A DNA stretch of 64,000 nucleotides from Marsupella aquatica (lineage: Eukaryota > Plantae > Marchantiophyta). Shown piece after piece: positions 62,729-64,000 of the stretch. Each line of letters opens with the position of its first letter. Positions within the stretch are counted from its first letter, which is position 1. The stretch lies in contig OZ316897.1 of assembly GCA_973895155.1 (NCBI GenBank), forward strand, positions 8,331,832-8,395,831. Direction: 5' to 3'. Position numbers and translations under genes: made by a program. The notes under the pieces are model-generated. The model had not been told where the DNA came from, searched no databases, and saw only the letters and a program-made list of their open reading frames with translations.

Positions 62729-64000
62729 ATGGATCAGCAAAGTAATTACAAAGCTTCGAAGCCTGCTCAGCCTCAAGCGAAGAACGGACCTTCATCGCCT
62801 CTCATGAACAAGAGCACGAGTGGTCATGCGAGCCCTTTCCCCGAGTATATGCTAGACCATGAGGATAGCATTAAGAATAACAGATCTGTCACTCCATTCA
62901 CTTTCGCAGATGCCAGCGTGAAAGTTGGACTGTCAGGAGAGCTAAATGTGGTATCTGTGGAGGCAAGGGGGGGCACGAACTCGACCACCAACGCTGCGGG
63001 GATCCTGTACAAATGGGTGAACTATGGGAAAGGTTGGAGGCCACGTTGGTTTGTCCTTCAGGAAGGTGTTCTTTCGTACTACAAAGTCCACGGGCCTGAT
63101 AAGGTTTCAGTGAATCATGAAAGACACAAGGGATTGCGCTTGATCGGGGTTGAGGCTCCGAGGCTTCAAAGGAAGCAGAGAAACGCGAATGTGGACGAGA
63201 AAAGGCCGCGTAAAGCGTTCGGAGAAGTGCACTTAAAGGTAATTTGCTAGCAGATCTTGCAAAGTAGACTAGTAGTGCGCAAGAGGCAAGGAATAGCTGG
63301 ATGACAGTCGTATTGTTGTCAATCTGGTCGTGCTATTCCGCTCGCAATCTTTTAATTTGGTATCATTCTAGGTCGTTCACGAGCGTACTTTTACGAAATT
63401 GATTGCTATTGTGTTTGTCATTCACTCGTAGATTTGCCGAGCTTATATTTTGAAAAGAATTTGAGTTTCAATTCTGACTAGGGAAGTTCTGTTTCCACTG
63501 GCTGGAGTTTCTTTGGAAGTCGTGTCGATAGTTATCTGAATCACACAATTAACTATCTAATGGTTTGCAAGGAAAGTTAGTGGTACAATGTTTACTCCAC
63601 AGGCTTCTTGTACCATCTGTTTTCGAAGGGATCACGCCCAGATTTTCGAACTGAATTGAACTCGTCTCCATTTTTTGGTTGCACAGGTCTCATCTCTTCG
63701 TGAAAGCAAGTCAGATGACAAAAAGTTTTACATCTATACAGGAACAAAGACTCTTCACCTTAGAGCTGAATCCAGAGAGGATAAAGCTATTTGGCTGGAT
63801 GCTTTGCAAGCAGCTAAGGATCTATTTCCTAGAAATACGTTGATATACGGCCTGCAACAATCTTTTGAGGAAATTCATATTTCCACACAGAAGTTGAAGG
63901 CATACCTACTTCTGAAGGGCTTGAGCGAGGAGGATGTCGGAGAGTGCGAAGAGATTGTGAACACGGAATTCTCGGAGGCCAAAGAGAAATTTCAACTTCT
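62729..64000 (+). CDS. Oxysterol-binding protein-related protein (ORP, PH-domain long type), 5' part only
   Basis: ATG at 62729 (MDQQSNYK; in-frame upstream ATG at 62636). Exon 1 ends at 63238 and encodes [36 protein letters not shown]...FGEVHLK|gt. Exon 2 starts at 63687: [49 protein letters not shown]...[29 protein letters not shown]. This matches the plant ORP1/ORP2 PH domain; the gene runs off the window. Confidence 0.93.

Overview
Eukaryotic land-plant nuclear DNA, with spliceosomal GT-AG introns and plant-specific gene families. A bryophyte-like origin is my inference and is not proven. Five protein-coding genes can be built by hand. (1) An 8-exon minus-strand receptor-like kinase (648-5216) whose ectodomain is an nsLTP/prolamin-type 8-cysteine module with four extra cysteines; this is the most unusual item in the window. 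(2) An intronless GT34 (XXT-like) glycosyltransferase. (3) An intronless cytosolic-type glutathione reductase ending in a canonical -SKL PTS1, with a changed NADPH-binding arginine. (4) An 11-exon DUF639 gene with a GC-AG intron. (5) The 5' part of a PH-domain oxysterol-binding-protein-related (ORP) gene, truncated by the window end. A perfect initiator tRNA-Met gene is directly abutted by a ~184-bp tandem array. Intergenic DNA is rich in non-autonomous inverted-repeat elements (Tourist-like MITEs and a nest of long-TIR elements upstream of the GR gene), local tandem duplications, a long hairpin and a higher-order satellite. Exon models were derived by eye from splice consensus and frame continuity and need RNA-seq confirmation. 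No database searches were run.
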